A stretch of 64,000 nucleotides of DNA from Chlorokybus atmophyticus. Its lineage: Eukaryota; Plantae; Mesostigma and Chlorokybus algae. Below, piece after piece: positions 28,231 through 39,590 of this stretch. Position 1 is the first letter of the stretch, and the number at the start of each line of letters is the position of its first letter. A model generated the notes under the pieces. That model was not told the DNA's origin. It saw nothing but the letters and a program-made list of their open reading frames with translations, and searched no databases. The stretch is taken from contig RHPI01003369.1 in assembly GCA_009103225.1 (NCBI GenBank), positions 975,490 to 1,039,489 of the forward strand, written 5' to 3'. The position numbers and the translations under genes were made by a program.

Positions 28231-29440
28231 GCTGGACCAGCCGCCGTCAGCAACCAGGAGATGCTTACCACTGTGCACTCGACTAACAGCAAGACGGTGA
28301 CGGCAACGGCAACGACAGCGTTGCCCTCATCGCGGCCAGCACCGCCGCCGCCGCTGCCGCCAACCAGCACAGCCACGCTGGCACCGCTAACAAACTACCG
28401 CCTTTGTGGTCACGTCTTCGCAAGCACCTGAACCAGAGGCATTAACAGCGGTTAGATCATTGGTGTCAACAGCGACATCATCACTGCCAATGCGCAGTGA
28501 ATCACTGCAGTCGGCAGTGCCACTACCACTGCTAAAGCCACTTTCCAACGGTGACATCATCACTGCAATTGGCACTGCCAAAAGCCATAATCCGATCAGA
28601 GGCAACCTTGGCGTCCATGAAGGCTACTCCGCCTTCCAAACCCTTAACGCTTGAAAGCCGTCAATGTAAAAGCAGCCGTCAATGCTTACGTTGCAATAGG
28701 TGCTATCGTGTCTATGCGGAAGCCATTGACGACAGGGGTGGCAGCTGGCTTCTGATAGGTACACAGCACGTGGACTTTTCCTCTAATACGGGTAAGGAGG
28801 CCATCTTTGAAAAGGTACTGCACGCGGGTGTCAATGCTATTCCCTATGCGGGTGTCACTGGGGTGATCACCAACATGTACAAACACTTGGCCGCTGTGCC
28901 TGTACACTCCACAATATGTACAAAGCCATTGCAGGTTAGAGTTTCAGATGTGACTGCTGAGATGCAGGTTGTGTCGGACTGATCACAAGATTGTTTTCTG
29001 CAAGCACTGCAACATACTCTATGGACTGCTTGCAAGCATTGCCATTCCAAACTAGTCCAAAAGGTACGGGGACACCAGCGGGGTCCGCCAGAGACTCGGG
29101 TGCAAGCCTGCAAGTTGTCACCACCCGGACCCTATGACTCGGCTGACAACAACCAGTACAGGCAAAAAGCTTATGTGGTAATGGCTGGTGGTGTTAACAG
29201 CACTACTGTCAGCAGATGAATAGATAACCCGGAACTTCATGTCTATCCAACTGGCTTGTGCCATGTGCAGCAAGTGACCCAGCAAGGGTCTTTATGCATA
29301 AACACATACAAACACCAACTTGCAGACGGCAGCGCCCACCACGCATGGTCAGCACAGGCATACTGAGCAGCCCCATGTGCGTAAGCATTGCTACATAGTT
29401 AACAAGAGGAGTACATTGCAAGAATTGTAAAGACGTGAAC

Positions 29441-30434
29441 CTAAAGCTTCAGTCCTGGGTACTGCGCAAGCTTCGCACGCTTGTCGGCCTTCCGCGATTC
29501 CCGCTTGGTGATACCAGCCTCAATCTCCCTCTCCCTCTTGATAGTCAGGCAGACTGCAATCTGAACAGCAGAAAAACACAACTTAGCACACACAATAGCA
29601 CAATGCACGCACTACAAGGAAGAAACAGTCGCTTGTAGCGTAGGCATGTGTGTGCAAGTATGCGAGTACTCCTTACCTTCTTGCAAAGGGCGAGTGTTTG
29701 CATATGCATGTGTGCACTTGTATACCAACACTCCTTACCTTCTTGCGAAGTGGCTTGAAGTCTGAGGTCTTGATCTGCTGGCGTGTGCCCTGCTTCATCC
29801 TGAGCTGGAAGAGGTCCTTCCTCGCGGTCTCCACCTGCGCGTCCAGCTCCTCATTGGTCAGCGCCCTCAGCTCCTGCGCAGGGGACGCCACCTTCGCCAC
29901 CACGACGCAACCCGATGAGGATCGCTGCGCTGCAACCGGCGCCACTGGCCTTACGCTCAGCGCTGATCCGGCGAAGCTGCTGCGGCTAGCCTTGAAAGAG
30001 GCCACCTGCAAGCCAAAGACCACACCCATTCCATTGGGGAACAAAAGCAACGTCACATACTGGCATAGTAAAAACCCAGGTTAACAATCTCCTTCGTGCA
30101 ATCAGAAGGGGGCTGCAAGAAGGATGTGTTGATTGGGCCGCCTAGCTAAGCGTTGTTGCAAGCAGAATGTTCACAACCAAAGCCGCATGTGTTGCGGACC
30201 TCTGTGGATTAAGGTCTATAAGCAGCAATGTCCGATTGCCAGAACTACGCAAATGCCGAATCTGACGCTGACGTCCAGCAACACGAGAATGGATAGGTAA
30301 TATGCATCAAGGGTTTGAGCTTGCTACTGGCTCTCCTGGCGGCAATGCCGGCGCCGCCCTACCATGACACCCTGCGCAAGAATTCCACGGCATTGCCATC
30401 ACGTGGTGCTTACCTGTGCCATGGCGGCAGCCAT
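29441..30434 (-). CDS. RPL29: Plastid ribosomal protein L29 (uL29c), 3 exons (30434-30414, 30005-29740, 29560-29441)
   Basis: Ser/Ala-rich transit peptide, then ELRALTNEELDAQVETARKDLFQLRMKQ...FKPLRKK|IAVCLTIKREREIEAGITKRESRK. Clean GT-AG junctions. Confidence 0.93.
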
Positions 30435-30550
30435 TGCGCTAAGATCAATCCGTCTAGGCAGTGCCCAGTCTAGCGACGACGCAACAAAGTCGCCGCGCCG
30501 CCGCCCAACGACGTCACCCACACCACCCACACCGCCGCCGCTTCCCAAGA

Positions 30551-30559
30551 AAACCCTAA
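30551..30559 (+). promoter_or_regulatory. Telo-box (AAACCCTAA) about 120 bp upstream of the RPL29 ATG
   Basis: Exact motif match. Telo-boxes are known in promoters of plant translation-machinery genes. A similar aaccctaaa lies at 9599-9607 upstream of OEP21. The motif is short, so chance is possible. Confidence 0.45.
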
Positions 30560-30973
30560 TTTTGCGGCGCAACCGCTGCAGATATCAAGGGCACGCTATC
30601 AACTTTCTCGATATCGGTACATTTTGCATGGACCCTGCGATGCAGTCATTTGACGGACGCGATCGAGCACACGTGTCCACATGCGAACGTCACTCACTTG
30701 GCTGAAGTGTCAATTAGGCCTAAGTCTCTGTTAATGCTACAAGGGCTTTAATTCTATACCGGTAGTTCATGTTCCAGCCTTTGATCTATATTCTTTGGCC
30801 AAACATCAAGATATGCTGAATTGAGTGCATGGATGTTGGTGTGCGCATCATGTCACCTTGACTCAATCAATTGTTATAATAGCGTCAAAGTGCTGCTAAT
30901 GAATGCACAGTATATACTGCAAGTCAATGCCTATGCATATGCCACTGACACTGCTAGTGTCGCCCTTGCTGCG

Positions 30974-31462
30974 AGTGAGTGAGTGCACCAGGCCATCTCG
31001 TTATGTACTGGTGCTTGCGTGATCTGTCAATGCTTGCACCATAAGCAAGCGACGGCTATTAGCAATGGGAAAGCGCGTTAACAATACCTGCAGGCATCTT
31101 GCGTGTTGTGTTGTGTTGCGTTAAATATATGACCATGTGCACCATGGTGGCGGCGGGGCTCAGTCAGTTGTTGGTTCCAGCATCGTCAGCGTCGTTGTTA
31201 TCCTGGTGTGGACGTATGGACTCGGCGTAACACCCACGCTTTTGCTGCGCAGGTGGTGGTTCTATTTACCTACTCTGTTTGTCCCGCCCTGCCTTCCCTC
31301 CAGCAAAGTGTAGCCCGTTGATTGTGTTGCTGCTGTTGGTTGTAGTGTCCTAGATATTGCAATTGGTTGTATTGAGTGCTGTCTGAGCCCCGGCTCAAAT
31401 TGTTGCAAATGCAAGCATGTGTGTAAATGAGTGCGCATGTGTTCTGCAATCTTTTGCTTTAT
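30974..31462 (+). repeat. Direct repeat copy A (~490 bp)
   Basis: Aligns by eye with 44342-44836 from agtgagtgagtgcacca to tgcaatcttttgct. The first 60 bp show 6 mismatches; overall identity is roughly 80-85% with small indels. Confidence 0.92.
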
Positions 31463-31561
31463 ATATATATAAGCTCTGGACCCTGGTCGACTCAAGCGCG
31501 TTTCATATGCACACGCCTTAATCCCATTGCCACAGCCCGCCTGAGGTAGGTCACTTGGGCC

Positions 31562-32705
31562 ATGCACTTAGTCAGCTATGCATCACAGTGCATTGTGGCG
31601 TGGCTATGCATTGTTTGCCGCAGTTCACAACCGGCAGTTTGGAGCCCGGTACAGAATTGTACACAGTTGTATACCTTGAGCAGGTGGTTGGTACGTATGA
31701 ATGGCGTTAAACTGCACACCGACCTACCAATGCCTCCTGATTTGGATGCCCAGTGCCGTCGTATTCTGCAAGTGCACACCTACTGGAGTCCCTCCATGTT
31801 ACAAAAGATACACAGCAATCGCATGTTTTATTTGCGCATTACTAAGATGTTTGACCTCTTCACAGATACGCATGTGATCTATGTAATGTATCCAACTTCC
31901 GGATACAACAGTACTATGTGGGTCTTACTGCGCAAATTGCTTTCGAGCGTTTCAAGTCACATGTGGAAGCAGCCAGCCAACCAACAGCAACACCTCCGGA
32001 GGCTATGCTAGCCTTGGGCATAAACGTTTAGGGCATCACACCGGTTGAGCAAATCCCCATTGCACCGTTCAATGATTGACGCAGCTTGGCGCAAAGCCGC
32101 CCTCGAATGTGTACATGGATTCAGATCATCAGATCAAATTGCTCGCCCACAGGGCTACAACCAGGAAGCAAAGGGCACCCCCATGTCATGCAATCCTAAA
32201 ACACGTGCACGTGTGGTTGTAAGACACGGAGTGCAACCAGTAATACACGTGGCAATGCATGCGCAAGCACTTATGCCATGTCATTTCAAGTATTGTGATT
32301 ACATATGACGTTTGCAACACTTACAGTCGTGCATGCAACGTGGTTCTTTTTCCACCAACATGCTGAAGGCGTACAAACAGAAAAACTTGTTTCACATGCT
32401 CAATCTATTGCTAACAAGGCAGCATGTGCAGTTAGGTCTGGAAAATCGCAGTGCCACAACACTCATCAAGAAAAGCCTTAAAGAAGGCTACCGTGTACTT
32501 GCTTACCACACGCATCAACACCCACACAACTACAAGGATGGTAATTCTCTGCACGTTCCCATGTGCGGTGGCTGATCTCTTCACATATAACAGGGTGTAT
32601 GATGGCTGCCAAGTCCAAGTTGCCGGACCATGTGCAGCAGCCCTTCGTACAACCCATGGTGCACTGGACATACAAAAACACCCTGGGTCAAGCCATCTGC
32701 AATAA
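31562..32705 (+). pseudogene. TET/JBP-like 2OG/Fe(II) dioxygenase, disrupted
   Basis: ORFs 31562, 32045 and 32312 share one frame separated only by point stops (32009, 32021, 32306). The frame leads to YHTHQHPHNYKDGNSL (32504-32551), colinear with the TET iron-binding strand (human TET2 AHAHRDLHNMQNGSTL) but with D->H. After a frameshift near 32570 comes GG.DLF and a distal HG at 32655, about 48-50 codons from the first His. Confidence 0.62.
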
Positions 32706-33849
32706 GTTAGCAGTGATAGCATGCTTGACTTAGGCAGTGCAACAATCATTGCTTGATGCGCAGTGTCCTTGTTATGCACCGCATCTTGCTGCCCATTTAC
32801 ATGCTCGGCTAGGACATGTGGTGGGTTGCGACTATGCGCCTACGTCAGCAACGTAGGCGCAGCTACTAATTGCTGGGACAAAGTACAGACCCTCAGCAGC
32901 AGCATGTGTCAAACTGTGTGCATTGGTTGCTATGTCGGCTGCGTGAAAATTCGTAGAGGTGATGAATACCAAGCACCGTCAGCCTGACCTCTTCATAGAA
33001 TTGGGATCTGCAGTTGTGAAAGCATTAAGGGAGAATGCAAACACCATCAATGACCTTCCAACAGTGCCAGCCCTTACATATGGAGCAAGTGATCGCCGAT
33101 TGGTGTGGGATCCGCATGATTCTTTTGTGTTCAACTTTGTGAGTTATGGAAGTAGACAAATGTAGCAGGGTATTTGCTATAATGTGCAAATGGTACTACT
33201 TCACTTTATTACGCGCTGAGCTGGCCACTGATTCGTACACACCGGTGGAAGAGAGCTGATTGGCAATGTTGCAACGATTGACTGAGTCCGCAGCTGGCAC
33301 TTCAGTCCCATTCTAAGATGTCGTGATGATTCAAACATCTGACGTGGGCTTGTGCACACGGTCCTACAACAAATCAACACTGCCACATATTGCCACAATC
33401 CCCAAAAAAACGGGCTCCACACCCACAGAGCAACATTGCAAGAGTGTAAAAGATGGGAGTGGTAGTCTCCCAGTGGATTCGTTTCTTGCGTTTATCAACA
33501 TATCGCTCACACTTCCTCATGACATTGTTATCTTATGGTGTGCTATGATTGCTCAAGGGTATAACAAGCAGCAGCTGTTGGGTGTGTTTTGGCAAAAGCA
33601 GCTTCGTACCATTGAACGGTTCAATCAGGATATATATGCAGAGACTCACCCTGGACGTGCAATGGCTCGATCGTACCATAATAATGGTACGACGGAGTCA
33701 GTGAATGGCGGCCAAGTTTCCCGCCTCTGGCATGCAAGGGTAGCGGTGGCGGTGGCGATGGCGGCGGCGGCGGCGGCGGCGGGTGTGCGTGTTGCTGGAT
33801 ATGATGCAGGTTACATTGGCGACACCTGTGTCGACGTCAGTAGTGAGAT

Positions 33850-36800
33850 ATGGGAGTCATTTGTCCGTATTGCCACATGCGTGTTGCCACACGCAGCTCG
33901 GTCTACATGCACATTGTTAGCAGCAGGGTGTGCAAGCAACTGAAGTTGTATGTCCGCCAGCGTCCATTACAGAACGATGCGGGTCATGTTGAATCGGGGA
34001 GTTCGATCCAGGATGCGCACATGCTTGATGCTGAAGGATTCCTCCAGGATACACACGCACAGCAGCAACAGGAGGAGGAGGAAGTGAACGAGGGCTTTCG
34101 ATGTGTGCGTGTGCCTGAGAAACCTGTGGCACGCCAACATGGAAGTGGAGGCGTCCCTTCGCACGCGTCGGAATCCAGGTGGTATGGCTCGGAGCATGCT
34201 CTTGCAGTGGCATTCGTGCAGTGCAACAACGGCCAAGGCCTGTCGGCCTCCGACATGGGGCGGATCATCACGTGCATCCGAAATGCACACTTTCTGATGG
34301 AAGAGCTCCAATGGGAGATCGGTGTGCATGTGGCCAGCTACCTCCGGACCACAATTGCTTTCTCTTAGTTTGAGGTGTGTTCACGGTGTGCGGTGCATGT
34401 GCTTCAACCATCAGAGCCATGTCATATATGCACATGCGAGTGTGCTGCTGTACCAGAACTACGTGACGGCTGACCTGCGCAAGCCTTGAGACCCTGAAGA
34501 TCAGGAAATCAACGTCACATATATGCCGGCCAAGGTATGTAAAATGCAGTACCCAATGCAGTATCGCTGCAGTATCTATTCTGAGGCCAGCATGCCTGTT
34601 AATGCTCTTGGTCGGAGCAGGTATGGCTCGCGCGGTTGTATAGCGATCCACATGCCGCCAATGGTTTCAATCTCCAATATAATGGTGACGAGCACAGCTT
34701 TGGCCATCCTTCCACGGGCGATTGGTGGAAGGATGTGGAGGTGGATTTGAGGAGAGAGGTGGGGGAAGCGTCCTACTTGGCGCCTGCCATTTTGTACAGT
34801 GACAAGACCACGCTGGACAGCGCGGGCAAGCGCTCTGGCTACCCTCTGATGGCATCACTTGCCAACTATAGTTGGGACATGTATGCTAGCAACATGGGGG
34901 TTGTTATGATAGCGCTTCTGCCGGTGGTTCACGCAGTGGCCGGGCAGCTCACCTGGGCGCAGGGCAAAGAATTGTTCTCCATTCGAAAACGTAAGATTTT
35001 TCATGACGCTTTGAATGTAGTGTTAGGGGATGTGAAGCGGGCGAGTTAGGAAGGTCTGCAGCTCGTTGATTCGAATGGCATCGAGCGTCGTGTGTTTCCC
35101 GCGCTTGCCAACTACATCAGCGACTTGCAGGTAGTGGGCATGCATGGTTGTAACCGGATGCAGCCTGCCAGCAAACAGTGCATGGAGGATGTTGTCAGTA
35201 GAGCATCTGAGTTTGTCGTGTTGTAGGAGACTGCCACACTCGCACGCACTGTGTCGGGCAACCAAACACGACATCCTTGCGGAGTTTGTCTCATCACCAA
35301 ATCAGATCTGTTGGAGATGGATGAAGACCGGGAATTAAGAACCGAGGCCTTCTACACACCAGCAATACATCAGCTGCGGGCGACCTGCATAGCGGTGTTT
35401 GGAATGCACGCCAGACTGCCAAGGCTTTCAAAGAGCAGCACTCCATGCGTGTCGAGGAGGTAATGGTGAATTTACTGGCATTCGTGAGGATGAATGGCTT
35501 TCCATGAAACCAGGCAATATGGTTTGGCAACAGAATGCACTGTGGGGTTGGCGATAGTTGCGGGTGCCGGGAACTGACTGCTACTCTCATCTTGCCCCTG
35601 ACGCAATGCATGTGCTGGGAGGCATTATTGACCATCTGCTTGCTGCTGTGTACGGCGCTGCGAAGGAACGAATGCGTCCATCCATGAGACAGAATCTGCA
35701 GGCCAGGCACGTCTTTGGTGTTGCTTTAATGTTGAACACAAAAGCTGACGACTCGTGCCCACAAGCAGATGTGCACTGGCTGAATGCATGCAAAGCGACT
35801 CTACGGGTTTCGCACTTCAAGGCACCCACAAGCACAGTAGATTTCTTCCTGTCCGACCACTCCTTTCAGGTGGTGGAGAACGTGGCGGTGCTGCAGCTGC
35901 TGCCGGTCCTTGCCGACAGTTTGCTGCCCGACAGTGAGGCCAACAATTTCTTCACCATTGCTGCCGCATCGCTTGTCCAGTGGAACAAGAAGTTGCTCAA
36001 GGCGCATGAACACATAAGGGAGACTCTGACCACAGCCGACAACGAGCTGGCTGCCTTTAAAGCTGCAGTGTTGCATCCGCTACTATCGTCATATTATGCA
36101 CAAAAATTAGGTTGGAAGATCGAGAAGATGCATCAGCTCACTCATTTTGGGCTGGTAATTGTCAGCAGTGGACACCCTAATTGGTTCAGCGCCAACCGCA
36201 TGGAGCAGACGCACGCCCATAGTATCAAACGGTGGGTGCGTGGTGGCAACAACCGGGACTACCAGGCGCGTAACCTGAAGGCATGGAGCTGTGCGGAATA
36301 CGTGAGAGAGGATGGCATGGTCGTGGATCCCGAGATGCGCTCGGTCATGGCGCAGGCACGGCAGCATTGCTGTAATATAACGGAGATAACGGACAAGTTG
36401 CTACGGATGGATGTGCTGACAAGGAGGGAGTCCAGCCCGTACTTCAGCGGATCTGCGCGTAGCCGTCAAGTCGCCCTGAAGACTCCACTCGCCGACAAGC
36501 TGCCTGCCACCCTGGACAGCTGGTTGAGGAGGGAACAACTGGAGGTGGCCGCCGGGTGGCGTGCTGTTCGCGTGGTGGAGGCGCAGCGGTGTACATGACA
36601 TCAGGAGTCGGCATGGCGCGCGCAACTGAGATGTTTCATGGGCGGCCTTGGTTCTCTACACTTGAGTTGGAAGGTGATGAGGACGGTGTGAACGTGACGT
36701 GGTGGTCTCGGGCACTTCTTTATTTGCGCGTGGTGGTGTGGGGTGGTAGCGGCGAGCGCGTGTGGCAAGAGGTCGTGCTTGTCCGCTGGTACACGAAGCT

Positions 36801-36942
36801 GGATGTGACGAGCAACAAAAAGTGCATCGCTCTGGAATGGGAAAAGCGTCGAGGGGGTCCACATCTCGATGTCGTGACTCTGGACAGCGCCCGTGTACAA
36901 GAGGGCAAGTATTGGGTGAACGTTCACTGCACTGCCACGTGA
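33850..36942 (+). pseudogene. Plavaka-family transposase, spliced, with multiple stops and frameshifts
   Basis: N-terminal C2H2 (CPYC...H...C); HPSTGDWW; ILYSDKT...GYPLMASLAN; RRVFPALANYISDLQ|E...HPCGVC; PDAMH; KIEKMHQLTH...NWFSANRMEQTH...GNNRDY; C-terminal FHGRPWFS...VLVRWY. Stops at 34487, 35047 and 35555; frameshifts near 35380 and 36585. Confidence 0.88.
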
Positions 36943-37163
36943 TACATGTACTTGTCTCACTACTCTGAGTTTGGAGCATATCAGTCAATTAGGCATTGTT
37001 AATCGTATGGTAAGACTTTTGCATGTGGACGTGTACAATACCGGGCAGCTGTCACTGCACAACTTTCACCACAATCGAATGTGCCATGCAACATTCAACA
37101 ATCAGTCCGCCGTGTGGCATTAATCATCAATACAGTGCACCACACTCAAGCCTCATGGTTCCA

Positions 37164-37934
37164 TCACACAGGAGGGTAGTCACAGTGCATATCCATGGTT
37201 TTAAGCATGAGACGCCCTATGCACTCCGCTATTGCGGGAGGAACTGCATTCGCTATGGTAACGGCCGAGGTCATCCATGGCACTCCCAGCGCTGTTTGTC
37301 AAGCAGCAATGCCGCCCGTGGTGCTTAAAAGGCCATAGACCGGGTACATTTGCTGTGGCGCGTTGGATGTCATGATTATCTTCTTCGCGCTAGCGGACAG
37401 GTGCGGCGATAGCAGTCCAACCGCCTTGCCCGCGTGCAAGCAGTGTGCTGGTGGGGTAGCTACCATTGGCTGTGTCTCAAGCAGACGGTGTCGGACACTT
37501 GATAGGCCAAATATCGTGCCACAAAGGGACAGATTGGGTCTGAATGAGGAAGCTGCTCCTGGCACATTCTCAATCATAAACTTGACCTGGCTTGCAAGCA
37601 GCAGATGTCGGACGAGCGGTATCATATCCTTGTGTCTCCAGGAAGTGCCATGTGACGCCCGTTGAGGTGCCGGGATAGCACCTGAATAGGCCTGGCATGG
37701 AAGACTGGCCCATATGAGCTCGTACTCGCTCAGCTCTCCTGCACTCAGGGTGCATACATCGCGGTGTATGAAGGGCAGCGGGTACTTAGAGGAGGGACTT
37801 ATGTCCATCCCGGTCACGTCAAAGCCTGCATGATATCGACCGACACTGGCACCGCCATCGCCGCAAAATAGGTCGAGTGCCCTTGATCTGCGTATGCGTC
37901 CAAGCTTGTTGTCAAATGGCGTATATGTGGTCAA
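37164..37934 (-). pseudogene. C5 cytosine DNA methyltransferase catalytic domain (compact phage/bacterial-like type) with an internal TGA
   Basis: Motif I DLFCGDGG; motif IV WASLPCQAYS (catalytic Cys kept); motif VI IENVPG; LCGTIFGL; motif VIII RHR. Reading through TGA 37299-37301 gives *QTALGVPWMT...IANAVPPAIAECIG (motifs IX/X), with a stop at 37164. Confidence 0.9.
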
Positions 37935-38069
37935 GGCTGGCCGTGGTGCTGGTCAGGGACTAAGAATAATGCAGTCCGGGCTTACTTTGCGACTGACGTT
38001 CTCCCCTCTGGCGCGCAAAACATGGCGTGCCCCGTCAACTGATGTGTACGCAAATACGTTGTGCTTATT

Positions 38070-38282
38070 GAAGTTGATGGTTTGTGGTCGATCACCGTCA
38101 TCGAATACTATACGGTGCTGCCCTGCAAAGACACTTTCCATTGCACCATGCATATATGATCAGTATTCAATCTCGCACGCCACGAAGCGATGCTGACTTG
38201 ACGCTTGCTTGAATGATTCCACAACGCCCGCATACCCTTCCCCATCCAGCGGCCAATGCACCATGACACTCACACCAATCAG
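38070..38282 (-). pseudogene. Tudor domain (MSH6/PDS5-like) in frame with the DNMT
   Basis: Removing a 75 nt GT-AG intron (38197-38123) gives LIGVSVMVHWPLDGEGYAGVVESFKQASRQHRIVFDDGD. This continues in frame to the DNMT through a single TGA at 37953-37955. Confidence 0.75.
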
Positions 38283-39429
38283 CTGCTCGCATCCCAACTT
38301 AACTGCGTTCCGCAGCCGATGATGTGCNCTGTACAACGGTTGATGGTCTGCCTCCTCTACAGCGGCCCGGGGATGGAAGTGCCCACACTCACACTGTGGA
38401 AGACTGCTCTGAATGCGACAACAGCTTCAACATGCATGAAATAAGCATACGCCCAACATACCATGCAGTGATACGTCGCGGTCCACTCTGCCAAATTTCC
38501 TCCACAGCATCCACCTGTCCACTCACCACATGTCCTAGTGTTGGCCATGTGAAGAAGCGCATGGGTTCCCCTCGCCACTCGAAGCATGGGTGCGAGCACA
38601 ATTTGCACACGCACTGCACGCAATGGAAAAACTCGGAATCTTTGCACAACACTTGGCCGAGGCAGCAGCCAAACACGTCGACATTGTGTGTGGTATGATG
38701 CCAGCAAGCAGCACTAAAACCGTGGCACACTGTCTGCACTCGCTGGCATTCGGTCAAGTGTGCTCCCATTTGCTGCCTACGGCCATTGGCACATACGTAC
38801 GTATTGCATTGTGGGCACACCAAGCATGGGCCTAGATGAGGGGGATTCAACTGCTGCCGCCGACATCATGCAAAATAGGAATCGGCACGGCTGCCCACAA
38901 ACTAAGCGAGACTTTATGGTATGAGCATCAATTTAAGGTTGCCAGCTTACGAACCTTAAATGGGTCAAACTTCAAGTGAAGCACGACTGTACCATGGACG
39001 CTATTGCAAACCCATGCATGGTACTACATAAACATAAATGGTATCCCATGTATTAATGGTACTACAGTACAAGGATACTCGCATACTACCACGATCGTAG
39101 GGTAATACTGTGCTGTCATTCCATGAAACCCAGAGCGCTGTCCGAGTTTGTTGCTGTCAACCACGCTCCGAACCAGCGAGGTATGCAAGCCATGCACTGA
39201 CTCATGCCCCGGGCAGTCATCATACACATGTATAGCCAATGCTTCTGACAACAGCAGATCTCGGGTGCACCATGCACCATGCTGCAACTATACATGTACC
39301 TACATGGTTTACAGGCAGCCAACACAAAACTACAATACATGCACAATTGTCATCAAGGCGGGGGCCAAATCACCGCCGACACGTTGGCGTCTTGCATCAG
39401 GCGTGGCGACCAAAACGGGTGGGGTTGCT

Positions 39430-39590
39430 TGCAGAAGGGACACGTTTGTAAAATCTTTGATTTATTTGCCACGGTAATCTGACGTGCTATGATGCAGACG
39501 TGGCACATCGCTTTCTTGCAACAGGGCGTCTCCCCATGCGCGGGGGGGGGGGGGGGCTCTTTAATGCGACAAATCAGCACACATGGTGCA
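39430..39590 (-). pseudogene. RING-like zinc finger exon
   Basis: CVLICRIKE...TPCCKKAMCHVCI...TCPFCKQ has RING-type Cys spacing and lies on the same strand as the OTU and DNMT. Confidence 0.55.

Noticed and set aside
33670-33710. HNNGTTESVNG resembling the MULE NNxxESxN motif
   Set aside because: Spacing is imperfect and no MULE DDE or SWIM context was found.
37299-37934. Bacterial or phage contamination suggested by the prokaryote-like MTase
   Set aside because: It is joined in frame to a spliced eukaryotic Tudor domain and embedded among intron-bearing sequence contiguous with host genes.
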